From: Squalus acanthias
Lineage: Eukaryota
Direction: 5' to 3'
Length of the DNA stretch: 64,000 nucleotides
Assembly: GCA_030390025.1 (NCBI GenBank)
Contig: CM059431.1
Location: forward strand, 142,292,001-142,356,000
The translations under genes were made by a program, and so were the position numbers. Positions 13,126 through 26,540 of this stretch are shown here, piece after piece; the stretch's first letter is position 1; each line of letters opens with the position of its first letter. Under the pieces are notes generated by a model. The model did no database searches, was not told the origin of the DNA, and saw only the letters and a list, made by a program, of their open reading frames with translations.

Positions 13126-14057
13126 CGAACCTATTGACAATGGTGATTCTCTCCAGAGGAAAATGCGGTCTTTCCAAATGTATCTCGGTCTACATGGTGG
13201 CCATGGCAACAGCAGATCTACTGGTCATGATCGTCAATGTAATCGTATATCACATTTTGAGTAAACACTTCCCATATTCATTCCTTTCATACACTACCGT
13301 TTGTAAGTTCATGATGTACATGTGTAATGTCAGCCTGGATATGTCGGTGTGGTTTACCGTCTGCTTCACATATGACCGTTTTATTGCTATATGTTGTCAG
13401 AAGTTTAAAACAAAGTATTGCATCGTGAGAACTGCGGCTTCGGTTATAACAACGGTCTCTGTTCTAAGCTATTTAGAGAACATCCCATTTTGGTTTGCAT
13501 ATGAACACAAACAAATGATCAATAATGTTTCCTGGGGTTTCCGCCCCAGTGCGGCCTTTTATTCATCGCCTGCAGGTGTAGCTTACTTCCGCTTAGAAAA
13601 TATTTTGATCACGTGGCTTCCTTTTGTTTTGATATTACTGCTTAATTGTTTGACAGTCAGGCGTATTTTAGTGGCCAGTAGAGCCCGCAGGGGACTCCGG
13701 GGTCACTGCAGTGAGAATCAGAGCGATCCAGAGATGGAGAACCGAAGGAAATCCATAATTTTACTGTTCACTGTATCGGGCAGTTTTGTATTGTTGTGGC
13801 TGACGTCTGCCGTGAGTTTTATAATTAACAACCTAGCCGTGCATCACCGAGGCGATTACATAGATCCAGCTTACATCGCCACTGAAACCGGATATCTACT
13901 GATGTATTTGAGTTCCTGTACAAACACTTGTATTTATGCAGCTACACAAACTAAATTCAGGGAAGAGCTGAAGAAGCTGGTGAAATCTCCTTGGGCATTT
14001 ATTTGGATATTGGTGAAAAAAATGAAAAGTCAAACCAAAGCTTCCTGTCCTAACTAG
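13126..14057 (+). CDS. Exon 2 of GPR139-like class A GPCR paralogue A (spliced product 333 aa, apparently intact)
   Basis: Acceptor ccctctttcttacag|CG. Contains LSRGKCGLSKC, MATADLL (TM2), YDRFIAICC (DRY-like), DPEMENRRKSIILL and NTCIY (NPxxY-like), ending at a TAG stop at 14057. Confidence 0.92.
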
Positions 14058-16539
14058 AGTTAAATTATAGCCCGTGTTCTATTTTAGAATGTCTGTCTTT
14101 CTGTTAGGACGAAAGCAGATTGTTGTTGTGAGAATGAACAGGTATCAGAAACCATTTCCTCCACTTTGTAATCGTGTGTTTGATGTCTGCTGCTTTCCCC
14201 GGTGAACATAATAATTTCCTGCTGAAACAGCGCCCTTCCCGCTCAAGATTCAAAGAGAACAGTCATGATTGAGCTTCAGCAGTGGAGTAGAACTTGTGGG
14301 TGTCAGCGTTAACTGCCTCACACCGCAGACACTGGAAGGAGACGCCCCAGTTTAATTAACAGATACATTTTCTTTAGTGTAGAAACAATGTGTTACAATG
14401 GTGGTTATCTGTAATTCCGTAATCTTGTTGTGAATGTTGCAGGCGCTGGGCTCACCATCAGACTCCGCCCCCATTGTCTCCTGAATCAATAGAACGGGGC
14501 CCTGTCTCCTGACCAGTGTCTAATGATGGAGACAGTAGGAACTTGACTCGTCAATGTGACATTAGACATCTTTGTTCACAGATATTTACTGAAAATCTCA
14601 ACTTGTCATCACAATGTTGGAATGTTATAACAGGGGACAGTCCATTCGACACAATCAGTTCTTGTCGACTGTTACCCGCCACCCGAGCAAATAGTTCCAA
14701 TGACTTCACCCAGGCGGTTTCAACATCCCTTCAGCCTCTTTATATTCAGTCACATTTGCAATTTAATCTTCAATATTGATATAATTTCTGCCTCCAATAT
14801 TTCCGAAGTCTCACAACTCTCCATGTAAAGAGGCTTCTCCTACCTTTAGTTCTAAACTTCGTACATTTATCATTTAATCGCTGGCCGTTAGTTCTTGATC
14901 CTTCAACTAATGGAAGGTTCTGCTTCCATCTATTTAATCCCATCCCTTCTTAACTTGGGTACAACTCGCCAAAAGCTATGAGTCTGGTATCAATGCACAG
15001 TCTAGTTAAAATCAGGAAATTATAGTTAAGATGGTTAGTTGCTAGCTTTCTCTGGGAGATGTTCGTGCCCTTGATTTAGCAGAAGAAAGAAAATAATATA
15101 TTTGATAACCTGGCAAATACACGAAACCTCGTGACGCGTTGTGCATGAAGCAACCAGCATGCTCTATGCGTGATGAAGATACTCTGAGGAACGGATCCAA
15201 AACATGGTCAGTCACGCAGACAACACCACCACATGAAATGGTTATTGTGGCTCTGGCGTGTGGGAACATGTGTAAAAACAATGGATGGAGATCTGCGCAA
15301 TAGAATAGGCCGAGATAGATATATAATGCTCGGGAGATTCAGTGTTCATCTGAAATGCTCTAACGTCAACAAAGATGGCGCTGTAAGGAAAGGGTTAATC
15401 AGTCTAGCCTAACGTATGCTAATATTATACTGTGTTGGTTTCTCATTTTTTGTTTTTATTGTAGTAATCTTAATCTTTAGTATTTTCCTGTTAAGCAGGA
15501 AGTACAATTCTATACAAAGTGCCGCTTGGCTAATGGACCAGAGAAGACCCTGCAACAATTGTCAGTTTCAGGATCAAGTAATAAGCTATTTAATTAAATA
15601 CATATCATTGCAAACAGATTCATCAATTTCAGGGAACATTCTTCCTTTGGTAACAGTTTGGGAAGAGAGTTAGTTTTGCTAAGGAAAACATCGGGACATC
15701 CATCATCATTTTCACATAGTACGGTAGATACAGAACAGGCAGTCTCGGTATTAAAGTTTTCACTTGGTACCATAGCAATTATATGAGTGAAACTATCTTT
15801 AAGATAAATGAATTAACTTATCTTTACGTGGAGTTTTATTTTAAGTTTGATATAATTGTGAGGATTTTAAAGTACCGGGAGTGAGAAAAATGAATAAAAA
15901 CTAACAGTTTTGAATAAGTATTCGGTTTGGTAAAGGCCTACGATACTGAGCTCAGGACAGTGACATTTTTGGGTCACCACCCAACCATCATCAGGTGTGG
16001 TTCTAATGTTTATCTTTTAAGTGCGTGTGTAAGGACTATTACATGTATTATGTGCTTAATAAACCTATGGCACCTCACTCCAATGTTCAAGAACATTATT
16101 GAAAAGCTTATGCTGACAATAGTAATTGTACTTTAATTGTGAAAGGGCTTTATTTATTAACGGTGACTTACACTCAGCTTTACCCGTCACTCTTTAACGT
16201 TCCACTTGACCCAGCCGTTCTCCAAAACCAAAATGCTCTTGGTTGCAGGGCCCCGTGGAACACAGCCTCTGGGAAATTGCTCATTCGCTGCGGGCAGTTC
16301 TGTGTAACTGGCATATTCTCATTTAGCTGGATTCAGGCGGCCAACAGTATTTAAGGCACAAGTCAGGCAGCAGGCAGAGGTTTTAATTTCATCAGTCAGC
16401 GATGTTCTGCACCCAGATAGAATCGTGAGAAGGGGATGTGTAATCAACCACATCATCCAAAAATAACATGTAAAATAAAAAGCAAAGGCATGAATAATTA
16501 ACCATTACATCACCGTGTCATATTCAATCTGATGTGGTT

Positions 16540-17005
16540 GTGATTCGCCTGTCCCCCGTTTCTAATTAACCAGTTGTTGTATTCCCTTGTGTTTCTCTAT
16601 TTCTAATTAAACAGTTACTGTGTTTCCCTGACATTCCCGTCTCCTCTATTTCTAAATAAACAGTTATTGTCTCCCTAGTCCCATAGTTCTAAAAAAAACA
16701 GTTATTTACTGTGTTACCCCATGTCTCCTTTTATTATATTTCTAATTAGACAGTTAGATTATTACACTGAATTCCCTTGTCCTCTATTTCTAATTGACCA
16801 GTTGCTATCTCCCCAGTCCCCTACTTGTAAATGAAGGTTTATTGTGTTCTGATGGTCCCTATTTCTAATATCAGTTACTATAATCCACTGACCTCTATTT
16901 CTAATTAAACATTTACAGTGTTCCACTGAATACTCCTTTATTCTATTTCTAATTCTGCTTCCCGTGTTCCCCTAAACTCCCCTGTCCTCTAGTTTTAATT
17001 ATGAA
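16540..17005. repeat. Degenerate tandem repeat with core ctatttctaattaaacagtta
   Basis: The core recurs about every 40-55 bp. Confidence 0.75.
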
Positions 17006-17494
17006 GATTAGGAAGGAATCCTGTTCCATAGATAGACAGTCGCAACTGAAATAATGTTTCCAGAGATTAGTTTGAATTTACCTCTTCAATCTCAGGTCGT
17101 GTCCTCTGGTTCTACTGTTCTGAACAAGGTTAAACAGCTCGTCATGGTCCACCTTATCGAGTGAATTAAGAGCAGTGTCTCGCACACATTCAGGTCCCGG
17201 ATATTCCTGGGACCTTTGTGTGTTCGTCATAGGATTTGTTAACATGAAAAGAGTTATTAAACTTCAGGTGCTGAGGTCAACAGTTTCAGTGGTTTACATA
17301 TTTCAATTCATGATCGAACAGCCTATATCTCAGGCCTGGATATAATACAAAGCAGACTTGTCCTGTTACTAAAATTTCACTATGGAAATCTCACATACTA
17401 ACATACTCTACTTCACTGCAAAGTCGCAAAAATAAACGTTGTGAGTGGCCCGCAGGATTCCATTCGATTTAATGTTTGATGAGTAAGTTGCTAG

Positions 17495-18800
17495 ACGTCC
17501 ATTCAATAAGGCTGAAGGAATGTTGGCCTTAATCTCAAGTGGGCTGGAATACAAAGAGGAGCAAGTTATGTTTCAGTTGCAACGAGGCTTGGTGAGACCC
17601 TATCTGGAGTGCTTCATTCAGTTTATGGCACCGCACCTGAGGAAGGATATATTGTCTTTGAGGAGGTGCAGCTTAAACATCGCCTTAAATATTGAAAACT
17701 AACAGAGGCACGGACGGGGGATGAACACGCGCTCTGCGGTTTATAAGACCGTCTGATTAACGCTGGATCACAGCAACACCTCCACGCATCATCAGTGACC
17801 CCGGACATAATACTCCAGGTGCCACACTCCAGATGCCAAACATTTGCAATGTTAGTTTCTGAATTGATCTTCCGCCACACGGAGCTGGAGTTCTGATTGG
17901 TATTCGTTACTTCTCTAACTTCCCTTAAAATGCATTAATGATATTCGCCTCAACTTACTCCATGTGGTAGCGAGTTCCACATTCTAAACACTTTCTGGGA
18001 AAATAGTTAATCCTGAATTCCAACTGGTTTTATTAGTGACTATCTTATATGTATTAATTAGCACTATTTCGGATACCCCACAATCATAAATATTTTCTCT
18101 ACCTCTACCCACCGATAATGCTGGATCCTCCATTACGTCGTCCCTAAGCCTTCTCTTTTCTAGAGAAAAGGTTCCCTGCCTGTTCTGTCGTTCTTGACAG
18201 TTATAACCTCTCAGTCAAGTAGATTTTTCCTCGTTTGTTTTTTTCACCACCTGCCGCAAGCCCAGTCTTGTTTGCACTTTCTCAGTACCTCTATATCCTT
18301 TTTTGTAATATTGAGTCCAAACTGAGCCCAGTATATCAAGTGTGATCTAACCAATGTTCAATACAAGTGTAATACAACTTTATTGTTGGAGTATGTGGCC
18401 ATATTATTCCTCCTCCCAAAATAAAACACCACACGCAATTTTATATTGAAATTAGATTGGCATGTACACTCCCATTCTGTATGTTTTTTACCATCTTACT
18501 GTATGTTGTCGCAGTATTCTTCAGCATTAACTAAAACTGCCAATTTGGTGCCAATCGCAAATTTGACAGTCCAATTCAGATTATTGAGACCAAAAAAAAT
18601 TGTACAAATGGTGAACACAGTGGTCCCAGCACCGATCATTGTTGAACGTCACTTCCGGCCTGCCGCCAGTCTGAGGAACCCCCACTCTCTGTTTTCTTTG
18701 TCGCCAGTTTGTTTTCAATTCTGCTACTTGTTCCCTGACTCCACATGCGCGAATCTAGTCTCGATCTACGATGTGTTACCTAATAAAAGGCCTTTTGCAA
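17495..18800. mobile_element. CR1-type LINE fragments (plus ~17495-17700, minus ~17920-18800)
   Basis: GLEYKEEQVMFQLQRGLVRPYLECFIQF on plus, and the reverse-complement RT-domain and 3' sequence on minus. Confidence 0.7.
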
Positions 18801-18969
18801 ATTGAGTGGAGTGGGAGACTCAATTTTTCAGGATCACGTCAATGGATTGGGAAAGTTAATGGACGAGGATCTGTCAATAGATTGGGATAGTCAATAGACT
18901 ATGATATATAAATGGATGAGCGCTGTCGACGATTGTAAACATCAACATTATCAGAAACAGCAGCAGATT

Positions 18970-19260
18970 ACGTTAGCATAGTGGTAACGTTTCTGGCATA
19001 GAAATCCAGAGGCCTGGGCTAATTATCCGGAGACGTGAGGTCAAATTCCTCCGTGGCAGTTTGTGAATTTAAATTCAATTAAATCAATAAATCTGGTATA
19101 TAAAGTTAATACTTTTATTGGTGGCCATGAATCTATCAGATTGTCGTAAACACAACCGGTTAACTAATGCCCCTTATGGAAGGACACATGCCATCCTCAC
19201 CTGCTCGGTCCTAAATGTGTCTCCAGACCCGAAGAAATATATTGCCCTTAGAAATGGCCT
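18970..19260 (+). mobile_element. tRNA-head SINE
   Basis: A-box-like tagcatagtgg and B-box-like ggtcaaattcc. The 5' end is shared with the fragment at 60975-61045 (atccagaggcctgg...atccggagac). Confidence 0.55.
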
Positions 19261-19379
19261 AACAATCCAATCAGTTGTATCAAACCGCTGCAAAAATAGA
19301 ATAAAATCGGACAGACCACTAGGCATTAGATTAGGACACGACAAGGATACGCCCAGCCCAGTCAACCATGTAAGATCCT

Positions 19380-19905
19380 CCTCACTGACATCTGGGGACA
19401 TTTGTCAAAATTGGGAGAGCTGTCCCACAGACTCGTCAAGCAACAGCCTGACACAGTCATACTCACAGAATCTTACCTTTCAGCCAATGTCCCTGATTCC
19501 TCCATCACCAAGAAAACCTCCATCAGATTGCCACCTACCTCAGAAGATGAATTATTACTCCTCCCTGTTGAATACCACAGGACACAGAATATACTCTGGG
19601 TGGGGGAGTTCAATTGCCATCACTTAAAGTGGCTCGGTAGCACCACTACTGACCGAGCTGGCCGAATCCTGAAGGATATAGCTGCCAGACTGAGCATGCG
19701 GCAGGTGGTGAGAGTTCCAACACGAGGGAAAAACCTACTTGAACTCGTCCTAAATAAGACCCAGTAGCAACTCTCCATGACATAATTGGCAGGAGTGACC
19801 ACCGCACAATGTTTGTGGAGAAGAAATCCCGTCTTCACACAGAGAACACACTCCACCATGTTGTGTGGCACAACCACCGTGCGAAATTGGACAGATTCAG
19901 ATCAC
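19380..19905 (+). mobile_element. Non-LTR retrotransposon APE endonuclease fragment (CR1/L2 group)
   Basis: KLGELSHRLVKQQPDTVILTESYL...VGEFNCHH...PTRGKNLLELVL are APE endonuclease motifs. Confidence 0.8.
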
Positions 19906-20049
19906 TCCTGCCTTTCACCCAATTACAGAGCTTCCTTTTAGTCCCCTCCCCACCCCCCCAACTCTTCCTGGCTCTGTACTTGCTTAAAACCTGTTACATC
20001 TCTATGATGCAAAATGATCGACCTGAAACTTTAACTCTGTTTCCCGGTA

Positions 20050-20940
20050 GATGAGACACACTGCAACCTCTGTGCGTTGATCGTGGAGGGAGTGAATGTT
20101 AAAGGTGCTGGTTGAGGTGCCAATCCAGCGGGCTGCTTTGTCCTGGATGGTGTCGAGCTTCTTGAGTGTTGTTGGAGCTGCACTCATCCAGGCAAGTGAT
20201 GAATATCCCATCACACTCCTGACTTGTGCTATTCGATGGTGGAAAGGCTTTTGAAGGGGAGTCAGAATGTAAGTCACTTGCCGCAGAATACCCAGTCTCT
20301 GACCTGCTCTTGCAGCTGCAGTATTTATATGGCAGGTCCAGTTAAGTTTCTGGTCAATGGATATTAATGGTGGGGGATTCGGCTATGGTAATAACATTGA
20401 ATGTCAAGGGTCGGTGGTTATACTCTCTGTTGTGGGAGATATTCATTGCGTGGTACATGTATGGCCCGAATTTTACTTGCCACTTGTCAGACCAAGCCTT
20501 AATATCTTCCAAGTCTTGTTGCATTCGGGCATGGACTTCGTCATTATCTGAGGAGTTGTGAATGGCAATCATCAGTGAACATCTCGACTTCTGCCCTTAT
20601 TATGGATGGAAGTTTATTGATGAAGCAGCTGAAGATGGTTGAGCCGAGGACACTGCCCTGAGGAACTCCTGTAACGATGTCCTGTGTCTGAGATGTTTGG
20701 CCTCCAATAACCACGACCAGCCAACGTTGTGCTCGCTATGATTTCCCTTGAGTCCCGTTGACTTCAGTTTTACTGAGGCTCTTTGATGCCACACCCGGTC
20801 AAATGTTGCCTTGATGTCAACGGCAGTCACTCTCCCCTCCCCTCTGGAATTCAGTTATTTGTTCCATGTTTGGACCAAGGCTGTAATGAGGTCTGGAGCC
20901 GCGTGGACTTGGCGGAATCCAAACTGATAGCACTGTCGAT
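20050..20940 (-). mobile_element. Non-LTR retrotransposon RT fragment (CR1/L2 group)
   Basis: AVDIKATFDRVWH, MQQDLEDIKAWSDKWQVKF, QVRSVMGYSSLAWMSAAPTTLKKLDTIQ. Confidence 0.8.
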
Positions 20941-22153
20941 GACACATGTCCGAATGGCCTCATTCTGTGCTGTAATATTCTATGATCCTCAGATTCTATG
21001 ATTCTATGACTCCGGTCTCTTCACACTACAAATAGTTTGCCATAACCTGTCCTCACTGCCTGGAATTTCCTTCCCAAAACCTTCCGTCTCCTCCTTTAAG
21101 ACGCTCCTTAAAACCTTTATCTTTAAGGAGACTTTTGGACAAACGTTTTAATAGATCCTTCTTTGGATTGGGCATCCATATTTTTGATCACAACTCTATG
21201 AAGCGCATTGGAAGATCGCCTGGAGTGGGGAGGGTGCCAGGGTTTATCAACCTGTGTGGAGCACTTTACTGAACACGTGTGTTTGTGTCTGTTTGTTACA
21301 TTAAATAAATGAGGGCAGCTGGCGCTTCTCTCCCTAACATTGGGGAACTAGTGAGAAAGATTTTACAGCAAGGTTCTGTTTATTGTGAAAAAGCAGATAA
21401 ATTATTCTTCCGGAATTATCCAGACTACAATCAGCGCTAAAAATAAGCTGAGATCCTGATGTGATTTGAAGACGCAGTCTTTTTGATCCAAGAAATCAAA
21501 CGCTCTTCCGATCCGCCAAGAGGTCTCCGTTTGGATAAACGTTGGGGATGTTTCTATATATCAATATATCTTAAACACCGTTTCATTCTCCCGCAGAAGC
21601 AACACAACACAGAAAATAAACCAGGAAACTGCTCAAAACACAGAACAGGTCGAGCAGCTTTTGAAAAACAGTTAAACTTTCGGTGTTTAGACAATAGTTA
21701 GAACTGTAAACAAGGCCGTGTGAAAATATAAACTGTGGGTGTGTATATAGAATCATCGAAAATCACAGCACAGGAGGACATTCGGCCAGTCGTGCCTGTG
21801 ATGGTTTAGAAAGAGCAGCCTTGCTTAGTCCCACACCCTCGCTTTTTGTCCCTAACCCTGTAAGTTCCTCATCCTCAAATACCTGTGCAACTCCTTTTAA
21901 AATTATTGCTGAATCAGCTTTCATCATCTATTCATGTCGAGCGTTCCAGGTCCCGACAACTTACAACATATGTTTGGAATGAAGGCAGATGCCCCCCAAT
22001 AAATGAATAATTATTACAGATACATGTAACTACATCTGCAAGCAGCATATTCATGAATTGCATTTACTTGTGAAACAAGTCCAAAATCAATTTGCATCTA
22101 AAACGGATAGACCCAATTATACTTAAAGTTATCCCAACGATTCTTTGCCACGT

Positions 22154-22226
22154 TCCCTGTTGATCTAATGGTCAGGATTCGGCCCTTTCGCCGCTTTCGG
22201 CTCGGGTTCAATTACCGTTGAGCGGA
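22154..22226 (+). pseudogene. tRNA-Glu(TTC) pseudogene
   Basis: TCCCTGTTGATCTAATGGTCAGGATTCGGCCCTTTCGCCGC...GGGTTCAATTACCG aligns to vertebrate tRNA-Glu (TCCCTGGTGGTCTAGTGGTTAGGATTCGGCGC...) with many stem-breaking changes. Confidence 0.8.
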
Positions 22227-22589
22227 TTGACTCTTACAAAAGTTGTTAATTCAAAGCCGTATCATATTCACTACATGCATCCAATGTGAAAATAATGTTG
22301 CAATTGTCATTAATTAACAGGTAAGTTTCGATTGCAGAATGAAAGAAGGGACTGAGGGACAGTCGAAGCTTCAATAATTTAGTCTGCTCTTTGCATGTGA
22401 TGAACATTTATCCCTATCTCATTTTATACATTGTATTTTGGAGCCTGGTTTGCAATGTTCTGTGCTTATGACTCCTGGAATCTGGTGCAACATTTGTTAA
22501 ATTTAACAGGAATTGCTATTTCACTAAAAAATCATTCTCTAACACAATGTTTTCAGAAAATACACTGACCTGTCTTTCTGAGGTCCAAA

Positions 22590-23170
22590 GTGGGTGATCA
22601 GACACTTCCCCACATTGAAATCCATTATTCACAGTTTTGCCCACTCACATAATCCATCAATGTCCATTTACAATTCACTGCTCCCATCTACACTGCATAC
22701 TGTGCCCCCAACTTAGTGCCATCAGCAAACTTGGATATCCGGTTCTCTATTCCTTCATCTAAGTCATTTATCCACATAGTGAAAAGCTGAGGCCGCAGTC
22801 CAGATCCCAGGGGACACCACTAGTCACTACCTGCCAATTGGAGTGCATACCAATTATCACTACTCTGTGTCTCCTACCTCTGTGCCCATGTCAATACGTT
22901 GCCTCAAATTACATGCACTTTGATTTTTGCTCAGAATCTTTTGTGAGGAACCTTATCAAATGCATGCTGGAAGTTATCATATTAAATCTAGTCAGTCCCT
23001 CTCTATGATTGAGTTTTCGTTTTCCCCATGCCTCTGGTAGTTTTTCCTCTCCCTCTAATTTGAAGACCGATACAATGTGATTGTTTAACATGGCTGTCAT
23101 TTCATTATTTTCAATTACAATGTCGTCTGCTTCTATCTTGAAGGAGTCCACATTATCCTTACTGACTCTG
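22590..23170 (-). mobile_element. CR1-type LINE RT fragment
   Basis: Reverse strand carries the SGVPxGS and ISKFAD motif regions. Confidence 0.7.
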
Positions 23171-23944
23171 TGAGGCAGTGAATACTTACATTAATTTCCA
23201 TCAATAAACCCATTACTTTCTGTTGCAACTGAACGAAATGCTAATATGTTTGCCGACTGACAGTGAAAATGTAATGGCTTTTCTGCTCTACTTTGCCTGA
23301 ACATTTATCATTCTCGTTTTACACACTGTATTTTAAGAGGTTGGTTATAAATGTTCAGTGCTTACGACGCCAGGAATCTGCTGCAGCCATTGTTAAATTT
23401 TAAAGGATTGTAACCCCTTTCACACGAGTAGAAATGTTCATGAGGAGCAAGTTCCCACTATTTTTTTCCGCCCGGCTTTCGCATTGAGGCCCAAAGAAAG
23501 TTTCCCTCACTCCGGTATCTGTAAATGCTGCTAGAAGGCTAAGTGACCCGGATATAATCGCCCCGCTTTTTCGGGAGCCAGTGCTAGGTGTACGGGGAGA
23601 TTTGGCCCGGGCCGTGGCAGCTTGCATTCCAGGGATGGGCAGTAACCCGCTGACTGAGGCTGCATTCGCTGCTTTGCAAAGGCAGCGGGTGATTGGAGAG
23701 CGCGGGGCCGGAATGTTGCTGCTTGACCCGGCCTCACTCACTCTGAAGCTGGGGAAGAGAGAATCATTGATGGGCTTGAGCCTGGGTTTCAAATGCGGCT
23801 TAGAACTGCTGCTGTTGACCGAGGCAGCAAAGCAGGATCTTTTAATCATCTCTCACAAATCAACTGATATCAGGCGGAATGTGCAGCTTTGAGAGGAGCT
23901 TTCTGCACCTTCAGTGCTGGTGAGGGGAGCGAGTGAGAGAGCAT

Positions 23945-24520
23945 CGGAACATAGGAACAGGAGGAGGCCATTCAGCCCCTCGAGCCTGTTCCGCCATTCA
24001 ATTAGATCATGGCTGATTTGCAACCTAACTCCATATACCCGCCTTTGGCCCATTTCCCTTAATACCTTTGATTAACAAAAAGCTTACAATCTCAGGTTTA
24101 ACATTATCAATCGATCTAGCATCAATTGTCATTTGCAGAAGAGATTTCCAAAATTCTACCAACTTTAATGTTTAGAAGTGTTTCCAAATTTCACTCCTGA
24201 AATGTCTTTAGACTACGTCCCCATCTCCTAGAATCCCCAGCCAACGACAATAGTTTCTCTTTATCTATTGTATCTGTTCCCCTTAATATCTTGAAAACTT
24301 CAATCAGATCACCCCTTAAACTTCTAAACTCTATTGAATACAACCACAATTTGTGTAATCTCTCCTTTTATCTTAACCCTTGAAGTCCGGGTATCATTCT
24401 GGTAAACCTACGCTGCACTGCCTCCAAGGCCAATCAATCCTTCCTACGGTGTCGTGCCCAAAACTGCTCACAGTACTTCAGGTTTGCTCTAACCAGGGTT
24501 TTCTATAGCTGCAGCGACAC
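23945..24520 (-). mobile_element. CR1-type LINE 3' end
   Basis: Reverse complement of the CR1 tail (gatcagccatgatct...aatggcctcctcctgttcctatgttc). Confidence 0.8.
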
Positions 24521-24683
24521 TACATACAGAGATACAGAGAAACTGTAGGGTTTGAATGTGTACAGAACCGAACAGAGAAGAAGCAAATGTAACACAGCTG
24601 TGAGATATTGTATATTGTCAATATCTAAACACAAATATGAATTATTCTGTTTTCCTAATATTTAATTGAACAAGTTCTCAAAA

Positions 24684-24756
24684 TGCTTCTGCCCGTTTCC
24701 GAATCAGAGACATTTTGTGTGTTAAGCAAACATGATAAACACTGCACTACAGAAAC
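24684..24756 (-). pseudogene. tRNA-Val(AAC) pseudogene
   Basis: Minus strand GTTTCTGTAGTGCAGTGTTTATCATGTTTGCTTAACACACAAAATGTCTCTGATTCGGAAACGGGCAGAAGCA is a 73-nt tRNA-Val showing CpG-type decay. Confidence 0.8.
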
Positions 24757-24924
24757 ACGGCAGCAAGAATGATTTTGGGAACCTAACCAGCCGTGCTGCC
24801 CTTCAGGAAATAATGTTACAGACATAGAATTTCGGTGCTCTATTGAGAAACGTTATAGAGAATGGCAGAAATTGAACTAGTAGTAGAATCATAGAATGAC
24901 ACAGCACAGAATTATTATTATTAG

Positions 24925-26540
24925 TTAAAAAACAGTGCTAGCAGAATTAAGGGGACTAAAAGTCGATAAATCCCAAGGACCGGATGACCTACATACTAGG
25001 GTTTTGAAAGAGGTGGCCATTGGGTTAGTGGACGCATTGGTTGTTGTCTTCCAAAATTCTATAGATTCTGGAACGGTTCCTGCAGATTGGAGGATAGCAA
25101 ATGTAACCCCGCTAGTTAAGAAAGGAGTGAGAGAGAAAACGGGGAACTACAGAGCTGTTAGCCTCAGATCAGTAGTTGGGAAAATGCTGGAATTTATTAT
25201 AAAGGATGCAATAACTGGGTACTTAGAAACTAATAGTAAGATTGGGCAGAGTCAACATTGATTTATGAAAGGGAAATCCTGTTTGACAAACCTATTGGGG
25301 TTCTTTGAGGATGTAACTAGTGGAGTAGACAAAGGGGAACCGGTAGATGTGGTTTATTTGGAGTTTCATAAGGCCTTCGATAAGGTCCACACAAAAGGTT
25401 GGTGAACAAAATTAGGGCACATGGAATTGGGAGTAATATACTAGCATGGATTGAGAATTGGTTAACAGATAGAAAACAAAGAGTAGCGATAAACGGGTCT
25501 TTTACAGGATGACAGGCTGTGATTAGTGGGGTACCGCAAGGATCGGTGCTTGGGCCCCAGCTATTCACAATCTATATCAATGATTTGGATGAGGGGACTA
25601 AATGCAACATTTCCAAATTTGCTGATGATACAAAGCTAGGTGGCGGTGTCAGTTGTGAAGAGGATGTGAAGAGGCTTCAAGGGGATCTCGACAGGCTCAG
25701 TGAGTGGGCGAGAACATGGCAGATGGAATATAATGTGGATACATGTGAAGTTATCCACTTTTGTAGAAAAAACAGAAAAGCATAGTATTTCCTAAATAGT
25801 GAAAGATTGGGGAATGCAGATGCTCAAAGGGACCTGGGTGTTCTTGTACACGAGTCACTGAAAGTGAAGGTGGAGCAAGCCATTAGGAAGGCAAATGGCA
25901 TGCTGGCCTTCAGTACAAGAGGATTTGAGTACAGGAGTAAAGAAGTTTTAAAACAATTATATAGGGCCTTGGTGAGACCACACTGGAGTACTGTGTATAA
26001 TTTTGGTCTTCTTACCTAAGGAAGGATATACTTGCCACAGAGGGAATGCAACGAAGGCTCGCGAGATTGATTCCTGGGATAGCAGGACTGTCGTATGAGA
26101 AGAGATTGAGTAAACTAGGCCTGTATTCTCTTGAATTGAGAACAATGAGAGGGGATCTCTTTGAAGCATGTAAAATGATTACAGGGTTTGTTAGGGTGGA
26201 TGCTTGGAGAATGTTTCCCTTGGCTGGGGAGTCTAGAACCAGAGGCCACAGCGTCAGGATAAAGGTAGGCCATTAAGGATTGAGATGAGAAGAAATTTAT
26301 TCACACAGAGGATGGTGAATCTTTTGAATTCTCTACCTCAAAGGGCTGTGGAGGCTGAGTCATTGGGTATATTCAAAACAGAAGTCGATAGATTTCTGAC
26401 TCGTAAGGGCATCAAGGGATATGGCGATAGGGCCGGTGAATGGAGTTCAGGCAGAAGATCAGCCATGATCTCATTGAAATGTTAAGCAGACTCGAAAGGC
26501 CGATTGGCCTACTCCTGCTCCTATTTTTTATGTTCTTAGA
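24925..26540 (+). mobile_element. CR1-type LINE, 5'-truncated ORF2 RT to 3' end, with stops and frameshifts
   Basis: [64 protein letters not shown]. Confidence 0.92.

Noticed and set aside
15383..16120. Possible solo LTR (TG start, AATAAA)
   Set aside because: I could not identify a second copy, a target-site duplication or a primer-binding site.
23400..23892. Overlapping 149-aa and 103-aa ORFs in a GC-rich stretch
   Set aside because: They are low-complexity with no recognisable domain or convincing splice structure, as expected by chance in GC-rich DNA.
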